DNA of 64,000 bases from Fidelibacterota bacterium (lineage in GTDB: Bacteria > Fidelibacterota > Marinisomatia > Marinisomatales > UBA1611), in the NCBI GenBank assembly GCA_045568995.1, contig JBJKZY010000024.1:26518-90517 (forward strand), read 5' to 3'. Both the position numbers and the translations under genes were made by a program. The notes under the pieces were generated by a model. The model ran no database searches. It worked only from the letters and a program-made list of their open reading frames with translations, and had not been told where the DNA came from. Below, one piece after another: positions 47,008-55,712 of the stretch; the first letter of the stretch is position 1; the number at the start of each line of letters is the position of its first letter.

Positions 47008-48215
47008 TGAAATTCTATTTTTTAGTTTTCACATTCTTTAGTTTCATTTTATGCTCTTGTAGTGAGGAAGGGGATAAAGTGCCATCCGGTGATCAAATTT
47101 CTACTTTTTCTTCAAATTGGGAATTGTTGTGGTCAGATGAATTTGATGGAGCAGATCTTGATATCTCTAAGTGGAATAAACTGAGTTGGAGACCTGGGTG
47201 GGTCAATAATGAGCTCCAGGCATACACTGAAAGGGACACTAACATATTTTTGGAGAATGGCTATTTAGTTTTGCAAGGCTTGATAGATCCAGGTTTTTCT
47301 GGAACTGATTATAATGGGAATAATTATAATGCGGATTACACTTCTGGGAGAGTAAATACGGATGGTAAATTTTCAACAACGCACGGGAGATTTGATATAC
47401 GAGCTAAACTTCCGAAAGGTAAGGGGTCATGGCCAGCGATCTGGATGCTGGGAGAAAGTATAAGCTCAATTGGATGGCCTGATTGTGGTGAAATAGATAT
47501 TATGGAGCATGTTGGATACGATGAGGGTATGATTCATGGTTCTATACATACAGAAGAATATAATCATATGTATAATACTCAAAGGTCAGGCTCAAAGTAT
47601 ATTGAAGATGTCACCAATACATTTCATGTGTATTCTTTAGAGTGGAGTCCATTTTATCTACGTTATTTAATCGATGATGAGCCTTTTTTCTTCGTGTACA
47701 ACGACAGTAAGGGAGATAATAGCAAGTGGCCATTTGATGATCCACATTATATTATTTTAAACCTCGCTATTGGAGGCGATTGGGGAGGCGTACAAGGTAT
47801 TTCTACGAGTGACTTCCCCATGCGGATGATGGTTGATTATGTTAGAGTATTTAAACAATCAAATTCTTATAATAATATTGACGTAACATTTAGGGTGAAT
47901 ATGAAAAATGAAAACGTGAACAGTACTGGAGTCTGGCTTTCCGGAGGGAATTTAGGCTCTGGGCAACCCGGTGGAATTCAAATGGAACAATCATCGGATC
48001 AAAATATTTGGCAAATTACTTTGACACTCCCTCCTAATTCTAATTATACTTACAAATATAGGAACGGTTATTTCCCTAATTCTTGGCAAGGTGGTTGGGA
48101 AGTTCTAGATAATAGCTGTGGTGTAGGAGATCATAATGATAGATCACTTTCGATAAGTGATACTGACACTTTGCTTGCACCCATTTGTTTTGGAGATTGT
48201 GTAACATGCGAATAA
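47007..48215 (+). CDS. GH16 laminarinase-type endo-beta-1,3-glucanase lipoprotein with a C-terminal CBM20/48-like beta-sandwich
   Basis: Lipobox ILCSCS. WELLWSDEFDG...GWVNNELQAYT...GEIDIMEHVG (beta-bulge motif)...DYVRVF. C-terminal IDVTFRVNM...WQITLTLPPNSNYTYKYRNG. Confidence 0.85.
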   Translation: MKFYFLVFTFFSFILCSCSEEGDKVPSGDQISTFSSNWELLWSDEFDGADLDISKWNKLSWRPGWVNNELQAYTERDTNIFLENGYLVLQGLIDPGFSGTDYNGNNYNADYTSGRVNTDGKFSTTHGRFDIRAKLPKGKGSWPAIWMLGESISSIGWPDCGEIDIMEHVGYDEGMIHGSIHTEEYNHMYNTQRSGSKYIEDVTNTFHVYSLEWSPFYLRYLIDDEPFFFVYNDSKGDNSKWPFDDPHYIILNLAIGGDWGGVQGISTSDFPMRMMVDYVRVFKQSNSYNNIDVTFRVNMKNENVNSTGVWLSGGNLGSGQPGGIQMEQSSDQNIWQITLTLPPNSNYTYKYRNGYFPNSWQGGWEVLDNSCGVGDHNDRSLSISDTDTLLAPICFGDCVTCE

Positions 48216-50179
48216 TAATTATTTCAATATTAGTTTCTGGTCTTACTTTTGCTCAGGGGTTCCTGCATAATATGAATGGGGAAGTTGTTGATGGAAACGG
48301 AGAACCCATTTTACTACGAGGATTTGGGCTTGGTGGTTGGCTTGTTCCAGAGGGGTACATGTTGCATAATCAAGCTTGGATTGAGGGGTTTGAATCTCCA
48401 ACAGATATAGAAAATCACGTAATGGATTTGATTGGACAAGATGCTGCTACAGATTTTTGGAATTTATACAGAGCAAATTATGTTGCTCAAGCAGATATAG
48501 ATAAAATTGCAGAATGGGGTTTTAATCATATTAGAGTTCCATTCCATTACAAACAATTTTATGATTCTACTGGAACAGAGACACCGATTGGATATGGTAT
48601 TGTTGATGAACTTATTTCCTGGTGTGAGCCACATAACATATATATTATATTGGACATGCACTGTGCGCCTGGAGCTCAGAATGGAGGTCCAATTAGTGAT
48701 AGTGACGGAATCGCTCGTTTATGGTTAGAAGACAGCTATAAAGAACTTACTATTCAAATTTGGAAAGAAATTGCTACTTATTATTCAGATCATACTCTCA
48801 TTGCAGGATATGATTTGATTAATGAGCCCGTTTTGCCAGGTGGAGTTACTCTTCAGGAATTCAAACAATTATATGTAGACATAACTGAGGCAATAAGAGA
48901 AGTGGATAACAATCATCTCATTTGGATAGAAGGAAATTGGTACGGAACGGATTTTTCTGGTCTTACCCCTCCATGGGATGATAATATGGGCTATTCATTC
49001 CATAAATATTGGGGGCAGACTGATATTTCAACCATCCAATCCTATATAAGTATGCGTAATACATATGGAGTCCCTTTATGGATGGGAGAATCAGGAGAGA
49101 ACTCTAATCATTGGTACTATGAAGTGTTTAAGTTGCTTGAAGAAAATAATATTGGATGGAATTTTTGGACGCATAAAAAAGTAGATAAGATAACAAGTCC
49201 ATATTCTGCTTTAGTAACCCCTCAATATCAAACGATAATTAATTATTTAACAGGTTCGATTAGTCAGCCAGATCCTAATATTGCAGGGATGGGTCTTACA
49301 AGTTTTGCAAATAGTTTAAAAATAGAAAATTGTATTACACGACCAGGAGTGATTGCTTCCCTAACTGACCCAGAATACGGTGAAATTTCAAAACCTTTTA
49401 AAAGCCATTCTATTCCTGGAACTATTGCAGCTGCATATTATGACATAGGCGCGAGAGGTCTTTCATACACGGATAGTGATTATTGGAATGATGGTGATGG
49501 TGGTTACAATGATGGGTGGGTTGGAAGAAATGATGGAGTCGACTTAGAAGGTAGCGATGATGATCCAGATATTCCTTTTACGGTTGGCTATACTGAAGCG
49601 GGTGAATGGTTAGGTTATACCATTCAAGAGGTAACTACGGGAACATATGATGTGAGTTTTCGTATATCTGCACCAGGTTCAGATGGACTATTCTACGCTC
49701 AATTAAGCGGCCAAAATTTAGGAGTGGTTGAAGTACCATCCACTGGAGGTTGGTATAATTGGGAAGATACCCCTGCTCAAACTATTGCGATCGAGGAAGG
49801 TGAAAAATTTTTAAAAATTCAGATTGTTCAATCTGGCTTCAATATTCAAAGCATTACTTTTAGTCCTGTGTTGAGTAATGAGGATGAAAAAATAAACCCA
49901 AATAGTTTTACACTTGGGACGCCATACCCAAATCCATTTAATCCATTTGTGAAAATGGAGCTTTCATTAGAAAATAGTGGTAAATACCAGATTAATATTC
50001 ACAACATTAAAGGTGAGTTAATTGATAACTGGGATGTGAACTTTACGCGTAAAGGGAGTCACATTATACAATGGGACGCAACGAACCATGATGGGAAAGT
50101 AGTGCCGAGCGGATTATTTTTTATAAGCGTTAGAAATCAGAATGAAAGTAAACAGAAAAAAGTAATACTCCTTAGGTAA
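48206..50179 (+). CDS. GH5 beta-glucanase/glucosidase + CBM6-like domain + T9SS CTD
   Basis: I prefer the start MRIIIISILV (ATG at 48206) to the track start at 48185. FGLGGWLVPEGYML, IRVPFHY, ILDMHCAPGAQNGG, LINEPV and MGESGEN. CBM6-like IPGTIAAAYYD...GEWLGYTIQ...YDVSFRISAP. CTD YPNPFNPFVKMELSL...GLFFISV...VILLR. Confidence 0.75.
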   Translation: MRIIIISILVSGLTFAQGFLHNMNGEVVDGNGEPILLRGFGLGGWLVPEGYMLHNQAWIEGFESPTDIENHVMDLIGQDAATDFWNLYRANYVAQADIDKIAEWGFNHIRVPFHYKQFYDSTGTETPIGYGIVDELISWCEPHNIYIILDMHCAPGAQNGGPISDSDGIARLWLEDSYKELTIQIWKEIATYYSDHTLIAGYDLINEPVLPGGVTLQEFKQLYVDITEAIREVDNNHLIWIEGNWYGTDFSGLTPPWDDNMGYSFHKYWGQTDISTIQSYISMRNTYGVPLWMGESGENSNHWYYEVFKLLEENNIGWNFWTHKKVDKITSPYSALVTPQYQTIINYLTGSISQPDPNIAGMGLTSFANSLKIENCITRPGVIASLTDPEYGEISKPFKSHSIPGTIAAAYYDIGARGLSYTDSDYWNDGDGGYNDGWVGRNDGVDLEGSDDDPDIPFTVGYTEAGEWLGYTIQEVTTGTYDVSFRISAPGSDGLFYAQLSGQNLGVVEVPSTGGWYNWEDTPAQTIAIEEGEKFLKIQIVQSGFNIQSITFSPVLSNEDEKINPNSFTLGTPYPNPFNPFVKMELSLENSGKYQINIHNIKGELIDNWDVNFTRKGSHIIQWDATNHDGKVVPSGLFFISVRNQNESKQKKVILLR

Positions 50180-50287
50180 TTATTTATGAAGTATTGCTTT
50201 TATTTTAAAAGTATAATAATTTGAAACAAATTCTATTTAATTACATTTAACATTTAAAAAAATAAAGTTAAAAATAAGGTATATAAT

Positions 50288-52024
50288 ATGAGATTATTTT
50301 TTCAATTTTCTGCTTTAGGACTACTGATCTTAATTGCTAGTTGTTCCAAGGACCTTGGGCCCACAGGATTATCCGATGCCGAGATTATTCAAATGATTCA
50401 AAATTCGGATTTAGAAGATATCTCAAAAAGTGATCTTCCCTCTGAATCTCAAGACGTTGTAGATAACGATTACTTTGATTATATGAACGTAGCAACCAGG
50501 CAAGCATCAGGTCTTGGATATGAGGTAGCACTTGCCGGGAGAGGATATAGAGTAGGATCCAGACATGAGGTGTATTTTAACCTAAGGGGTAGAAAATTAG
50601 ATCCAAATGACTGGGGCGATAAACGTGGTTGGGATAAAGATGGATACGGTAGAGAATTTGGTAATAAAGAAGATTGGAGATGTTTTGATTTAGTGTTTCC
50701 TCTAACCTATAATATGCCAGATGGATCTTCTATTACGGTTGAAAGTGATGAGGAAAGTAATTGGAGTGAAATTAAAGATTGGTATGAAGAAAATCCTGAA
50801 TTGGAAGAGAAACCTGAGTTGCAATTTCCGGTTGTAATATTCTACGAAGATGAGTCCGTAACACTTTCTAACTTTGAAGAGCTTCGTGGTGCATATTCTA
50901 GATGTGAACCCAGAAGAGTTAGAGATGATCACAAAAGAAGTCGACAATGTTTTACTCTAGTTTATCCTTTGAGCTATACAATGCCCGATGGTTCAGTGAT
51001 GGAAGTTACTGGAGATGACGAGGAAGGCTGGTCTGCATTAAAAGCTTGGTATGAAGTAAATACTGGATACGAAGAAGTAATGCCAAATCTAAATTACCCT
51101 GTAGATGTTGTATTTGAAGCAGAAGAAGGTGAAGATTTTGTTACTATCAACTCTGAAGAAGAAATGCAGGAAATGAAGGAAGAGTGTCAGGATGATTGGG
51201 GATTTAGAGAGTGCTTTACTTTAGTTTATCCTTTGAGCTATACAATGCCTGATGGTTCAGTGATGGAAGTTACTGGAGATGATGAGGATGGTTGGACTAC
51301 ATTAAAAAATTGGTATGAAGAAAACCCTGGTTATGAAGAAGTAATGCCAAATCTAAATTACCCTGTTGATATTGTATTTGAAACGGAAGAAGGTGAAAAT
51401 GTTGTTACCGTCAACTCTGAAGAGGAAATGGAATTGGCAAAACGTGATTGTAGAGAAGATTGGGAAGAAGAAGGTGAAGGAGAGGAAGAAGGTGAAGATA
51501 ATGACAGGGAATGTTTTGAGATGGTACTGCCAGTAACATTTGTGATGCCAGATGGTTCTTTACTTACTGTTTCAGAGGATAGTGACTGGTTAAATGTTAG
51601 ACTCTGGTATGAAGAAAATGGTGATGTAGAAGAGGAGCCAAGTTATCAGTTTCCAGTTGATATTGTATATGAAACAGAGGATGGAAACAATACGGTTACT
51701 ATTAATAGTCAAGATGAGTTGGAATCGGCAGAGGAAGAATGCTGGGAAGAAGAAGGTGAAGATAATGACAGGGAATGTTTTGAGATGGTACTGCCAATAA
51801 CATTTGTGATGCCAGATGGCTCTTTACTTACTGTTTCAGAGGAAAATGACTGGCTAAATGTTAGACTCTGGTATGAAGAAAACGGTGATGTAGAAGAGGA
51901 GCCAAGTTATCAGTTCCCCGTCAATATTTCATATGAAACAGAGGGTGGTTATAATACAGTTACTATTCAAAATCAAGAAGAGATGGAAGCGGCAGAAGAA
52001 GAATGTTGGGAGGATGAAGGATAA
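50288..52024 (+). CDS. Acidic lipoprotein with five Cys-bounded ~88-100-aa repeats (unknown family) and a PepSY-like N-terminal segment
   Basis: 578 aa with lipobox LIASCS. N-terminal GLGYEVALAGRGYRVGSRHEVYFNLRGRKL is PepSY-like. It is followed by five modules of the form CF.(L/M)V.P(L/V)(S/T)(Y/F).MPDGS...W..(L/I)K.WYEEN...(F/Y)PV...E.E.G...VT(I/V)....E(E/L)M....EC. Confidence 0.6.
   Translation: MRLFFQFSALGLLILIASCSKDLGPTGLSDAEIIQMIQNSDLEDISKSDLPSESQDVVDNDYFDYMNVATRQASGLGYEVALAGRGYRVGSRHEVYFNLRGRKLDPNDWGDKRGWDKDGYGREFGNKEDWRCFDLVFPLTYNMPDGSSITVESDEESNWSEIKDWYEENPELEEKPELQFPVVIFYEDESVTLSNFEELRGAYSRCEPRRVRDDHKRSRQCFTLVYPLSYTMPDGSVMEVTGDDEEGWSALKAWYEVNTGYEEVMPNLNYPVDVVFEAEEGEDFVTINSEEEMQEMKEECQDDWGFRECFTLVYPLSYTMPDGSVMEVTGDDEDGWTTLKNWYEENPGYEEVMPNLNYPVDIVFETEEGENVVTVNSEEEMELAKRDCREDWEEEGEGEEEGEDNDRECFEMVLPVTFVMPDGSLLTVSEDSDWLNVRLWYEENGDVEEEPSYQFPVDIVYETEDGNNTVTINSQDELESAEEECWEEEGEDNDRECFEMVLPITFVMPDGSLLTVSEENDWLNVRLWYEENGDVEEEPSYQFPVNISYETEGGYNTVTIQNQEEMEAAEEECWEDEG
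50681..52021 (+). repeat. Intragenic tandem repeat array, 5 units (starts at 50681, 50948, 51212, 51512, 51776)
   Basis: Each unit starts on the conserved Cys codon. The periods are 267, 264, 300 and 264 nt. Units 2/3 and units 4/5 are near-identical at DNA level. Confidence 0.85.
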
Positions 52025-52062
52025 ATCCTTTTTCTAGAGATTTTATTTAAAAAATATTTTTA

Positions 52063-52095
52063 ATAGCCTTCTTTTATTAGTAGGCTATTTTTTTA
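52063..52095. terminator. Hairpin terminator between convergent genes
   Basis: ATAGCCT (52063-52069) pairs with AGGCTAT (52082-52088) across a 12-nt loop and is followed by a T-run. Confidence 0.55.
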
Positions 52096-52110
52096 GGACA
52101 CAGTTTTAAC

Positions 52111-52755
52111 TTATTTTTTCATTTCTTCTTTCATTACTTTTTTTGACGCAGCCCAGGAGCAGATCTCACATTGTTCTAAATTATGGCTTCTTGCTGGGCA
52201 AAATTCTCTTCCGAAAAAAATAATTTGCAAGTGCAATTTATTCCATAATTCCTTAGGCCAAATTTTTTTCAAATCCCGTTCTGTCATTTCAACATTTTTC
52301 CCTTTTGTAAGACCCCATCTTTTTGCAAGCCTGTGAATATGAGTATCTACAGGGAAAGCAGGGAATCCGTACCATTGCGACATGACGACACTTGCTGTTT
52401 TATGTCCAACACCGGCTAATCCTTCTAGAAACTTCCATTCTCCGCGTAGACCTCCACTATCAATTATTTGTTCTGCCATTTTTTTTAAATTTTTAGCTTT
52501 CGTTGGAGCAAGACCAATCTCTTTTATAATACTTTGAATCATTTTCACTTCCAGTAATGCCATTTTATTTGGAGTGTCTGCGTATTGAAAAAGATTGGGA
52601 GTTACTTGATTCACTTTTTTATCTGTAGTTTGGGCAGATAACATAACTGCTACTAGTAATGTGTATGCACTGTTATGATCTAATGGTATAGGAGTTTCAG
52701 GATATAGTCTCTCTAAAATATTTGCGATCTTTTTTCCTTTTTCATCCCTTTTCAT
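52111..52755 (-). CDS. nth: Endonuclease III (DNA glycosylase/AP lyase)
   Basis: 214 aa. HhH-GPD elements LAGVGHKTASVVM and VDTHIHRLAKRWGL. C-terminal Cys cluster (CPAR...CEIC). Confidence 0.85.
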   Translation of the reverse strand: MKRDEKGKKIANILERLYPETPIPLDHNSAYTLLVAVMLSAQTTDKKVNQVTPNLFQYADTPNKMALLEVKMIQSIIKEIGLAPTKAKNLKKMAEQIIDSGGLRGEWKFLEGLAGVGHKTASVVMSQWYGFPAFPVDTHIHRLAKRWGLTKGKNVEMTERDLKKIWPKELWNKLHLQIIFFGREFCPARSHNLEQCEICSWAASKKVMKEEMKK

Positions 52756-52803
52756 TGATTGAAAACTAATTAATTATAAAGTTTTAATTCGGTAACTTTT
52801 GAA

Positions 52804-53271
52804 ATGAAAGTACTTTTTTTATTCTTCTCTTTATTAATAGGTTCCCAGGACTCCACAATTATTAGAAAATATGGAGTATTTGATCATGCAACAATAGAAC
52901 GAATTGAGAATTCAGTAAGAAATGGTGAAATGACTAGAAGAGAAGCAGATAGTCGCTATGTATATTATTTACAAAACAATCTTAACCGATTAAAAAAGAA
53001 AGAAAGTGTAATAAAAAACAACTTCCAAGAAGTTGGGATTTATGATTTGGATAAGATAAGAAATGAAATGCTTATTATGGATTTTCCAGCAAAGAAAATA
53101 GAGCCGTCTTTAAGTGGAATGTTGCGAGTTATACATGCGATGAAAAAAGGGAAAAATAAATATGAGATTAGTCCTAGACTACAGTCTTATTTCCAGGAAA
53201 GATTAGAATTAAGAAGTTATCAAATAGATTATATTATGAAAAAATCTGAAAAAATAGCTCAAACTAATTAA
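52804..53271 (+). CDS. Hypothetical secreted protein
   Basis: 155-aa ORF with a signal-like N-terminus. Its stop overlaps the start of the downstream TonB-dependent receptor (TAATG). No recognisable motif. Confidence 0.4.
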   Translation: MKVLFLFFSLLIGSQDSTIIRKYGVFDHATIERIENSVRNGEMTRREADSRYVYYLQNNLNRLKKKESVIKNNFQEVGIYDLDKIRNEMLIMDFPAKKIEPSLSGMLRVIHAMKKGKNKYEISPRLQSYFQERLELRSYQIDYIMKKSEKIAQTN

Positions 53272-55712
53272 TGCAATATCTTCTTTTTTCTATATTTTTT
53301 TTATCAGGTCTACTCCTTTCTCAAACTAATACTGCTAGTATAAATGGATTTGTTCGGGATAACGCAAGTGGAGAACCAATATCATATGCTAATGTTTTTT
53401 TAAGCAATTCGTCCATTGGAGCAGCCTCAAATAGTGATGGATATTTTGTAATGTCCGGAATTCCTTTAGGGCTATACGAAATAAATGCTACAATGATAGG
53501 CTATGCTGTATTTAAAGAACAAGTTGATTTGTCATCTGCAGAAGCGGTTAGATTAGAAATAAGGTTAAAAGAAGAGGCGATTAAAGGAACAGAGGTTTTA
53601 GTAACAGCAGAACGGCAGAAATTCCAAAGATCTATGGAAAGTAGTCAGATAGCACTAGACCTAAGAGAAATCAATTCTGCTCCTGCTTTTGTAGAACCAG
53701 ATGTATTTCGCACTCTGCAGATGCTTCCGGGTGTACAAACAACCAGTGATTTCTCAAGTGCATTATATGTTCGAGGAAGTACTCCAGATCAAAATTTAAT
53801 TATGCTAGATGGAATTGCTATTTATAACCCCTATCATCTAGGAGGAATCTTTTCCACATTTAACACAGATGCGATTAAAGAAGCAGATTTTCATGCAGGA
53901 GGATTTCCTGCTAGGTATGGTGGAAGGATGGGAGCCATACTTAATGTAATTAATAGGGAAGGGAATACAGAAAAGATAATGGGTTCAGCTAACTTATCGC
54001 TTATTTCTAGTAAGGCTCTCATTGAAGGTCCTATTCCAAAGTGGAAAGATATGAAAGGATCGTGGATGATTTCAGGAAGGAGAACATACATTGATAAGGT
54101 TGTTGATGCATTAAATCTTCCAAGTGGTTCGAAGAATACAGATGGCTCAGATGTACCTCTAGAGTTTCCTTATTATTTTTATGATTATCAGATCAAAGCT
54201 AATATCGATTTTAATCAGGATCATCGTCTGACTTTTACTAGGTTTTATGGAGATGATGTTCTTGACTTTTCCTATGAAGATCCTTCTGAAACTATAAGTA
54301 ATGAGAATGTAACCATTCAGCAAGAATCTAAGTTTGGCTTGGATTGGCCATGGGGGAATCAAACGAATGGCCTTACTTGGAGATGGATTGTTTCTCCTAA
54401 AATAATAGCAAAAACATTTTTATCTAATAGCCGTTATCGTTTTGATTTTGATCTTTCCTTTCAAAACAGAGATACATATACATATGTAGATTCAACTGTA
54501 ATCAATTTCACAAATTTTAATTGGAATATATATGATATTATTAAAGACCAAACATTGGAGTCTGAAGTACAGTATAAACATTCAAATGATCATGAAATTA
54601 CAAGTGGGTTTCAGATCAAGAAGATAAAATTTGATTTAGGTATTAGATATGATTTAGGTACTCAAGATACCTCTTTCACTTGGAATCCTCTTTCTTTAAA
54701 AAACACTACTCAGGAAATTTCCTTCTTTTTACAGGACCGGTGGGAAGTATCAGATAATCTCAAAATACGAGGAGGCCTTCGTTTCACAGATTATAATTTG
54801 CATAAGAAAATTTATGTAGATCCAAGAGTTGGGATAAAATACCATTTTTCTGACGATATTGCCCTGAAAGCAAATTGGGGTCTATATCATCAATTTTTAA
54901 CTACTGCAAACAATCAAGACGAGAACTTGAGACTTGTTGAGCTTTGGTTAGGAATACCAAAAGAAAAACCAGCTAGTGTTTCAGAACACGTTATTGGTGG
55001 TGTAGAATATATGTCACCGCGAAATATTTTCTATCGAATTGAATTATATCAAAAAACGTTTGAAAATTTGCTCACTCTTAAGCAAGATAATGCAAATGAA
55101 TTTGAAGGCACATCTCAAAATTCAACAATCAATGAATTTTGGGATACAAGAGGAAATAGCAATGGCCTTGAATTATTGGTAAAAAAATCATCAGGGAAAT
55201 TCAATGGATGGATTGGATATACTTTATCAGAAACTAAATATTTTACGGAAGCAAGCGGATGGCATAATCCCAATTTTGATAGGACTCATACCGTCAATAT
55301 TGTTGGGAATTATGAACTAACTGCAGATCTAGAATTGAGTGCTGCTTTGACACAATCAAGCGGGAACCCGTACACAAAAATTTTAGGTCGAGTATATGAT
55401 TGGGAACAAAGTCTATATAACAATTCTTATTGGTATCCAATTGATAGCTATCTGGTTGGAGAAAAGAATACAGAAAGATACGATGATTATTTTAGGGTTG
55501 ATATTGGCATGACTCGTAAGGGCGGTAATCTTTTTGGTTTAGAGTATGATACCTATTGGCAAATTATGAATCTCACAAGACATGTGAATATTTTAAGTTA
55601 CCGTTACCGAACCAAAACAGATCCTCTTACGGGAAATCAACTTGGCGTACAGCGTCAGCCGATACCAATGTTTCCTCTAATCTTTACTTTTGGAGTTAAA
55701 TTTGAGTTTTAA
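53271..55712 (+). CDS. TonB-dependent receptor with a CarboxypepD_reg-like N-terminal domain
   Basis: 813 aa. ASINGFVRDNASGEPISYANVFL...GYFVMSGIPLGLYEINATMIGY. Plug (...LQMLPGVQTTSD...YVRGSTPDQNLIMLDGIAIYNPYH). Barrel ends ...FGVKFEF. Confidence 0.8.
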   Translation: MQYLLFSIFFLSGLLLSQTNTASINGFVRDNASGEPISYANVFLSNSSIGAASNSDGYFVMSGIPLGLYEINATMIGYAVFKEQVDLSSAEAVRLEIRLKEEAIKGTEVLVTAERQKFQRSMESSQIALDLREINSAPAFVEPDVFRTLQMLPGVQTTSDFSSALYVRGSTPDQNLIMLDGIAIYNPYHLGGIFSTFNTDAIKEADFHAGGFPARYGGRMGAILNVINREGNTEKIMGSANLSLISSKALIEGPIPKWKDMKGSWMISGRRTYIDKVVDALNLPSGSKNTDGSDVPLEFPYYFYDYQIKANIDFNQDHRLTFTRFYGDDVLDFSYEDPSETISNENVTIQQESKFGLDWPWGNQTNGLTWRWIVSPKIIAKTFLSNSRYRFDFDLSFQNRDTYTYVDSTVINFTNFNWNIYDIIKDQTLESEVQYKHSNDHEITSGFQIKKIKFDLGIRYDLGTQDTSFTWNPLSLKNTTQEISFFLQDRWEVSDNLKIRGGLRFTDYNLHKKIYVDPRVGIKYHFSDDIALKANWGLYHQFLTTANNQDENLRLVELWLGIPKEKPASVSEHVIGGVEYMSPRNIFYRIELYQKTFENLLTLKQDNANEFEGTSQNSTINEFWDTRGNSNGLELLVKKSSGKFNGWIGYTLSETKYFTEASGWHNPNFDRTHTVNIVGNYELTADLELSAALTQSSGNPYTKILGRVYDWEQSLYNNSYWYPIDSYLVGEKNTERYDDYFRVDIGMTRKGGNLFGLEYDTYWQIMNLTRHVNILSYRYRTKTDPLTGNQLGVQRQPIPMFPLIFTFGVKFEF

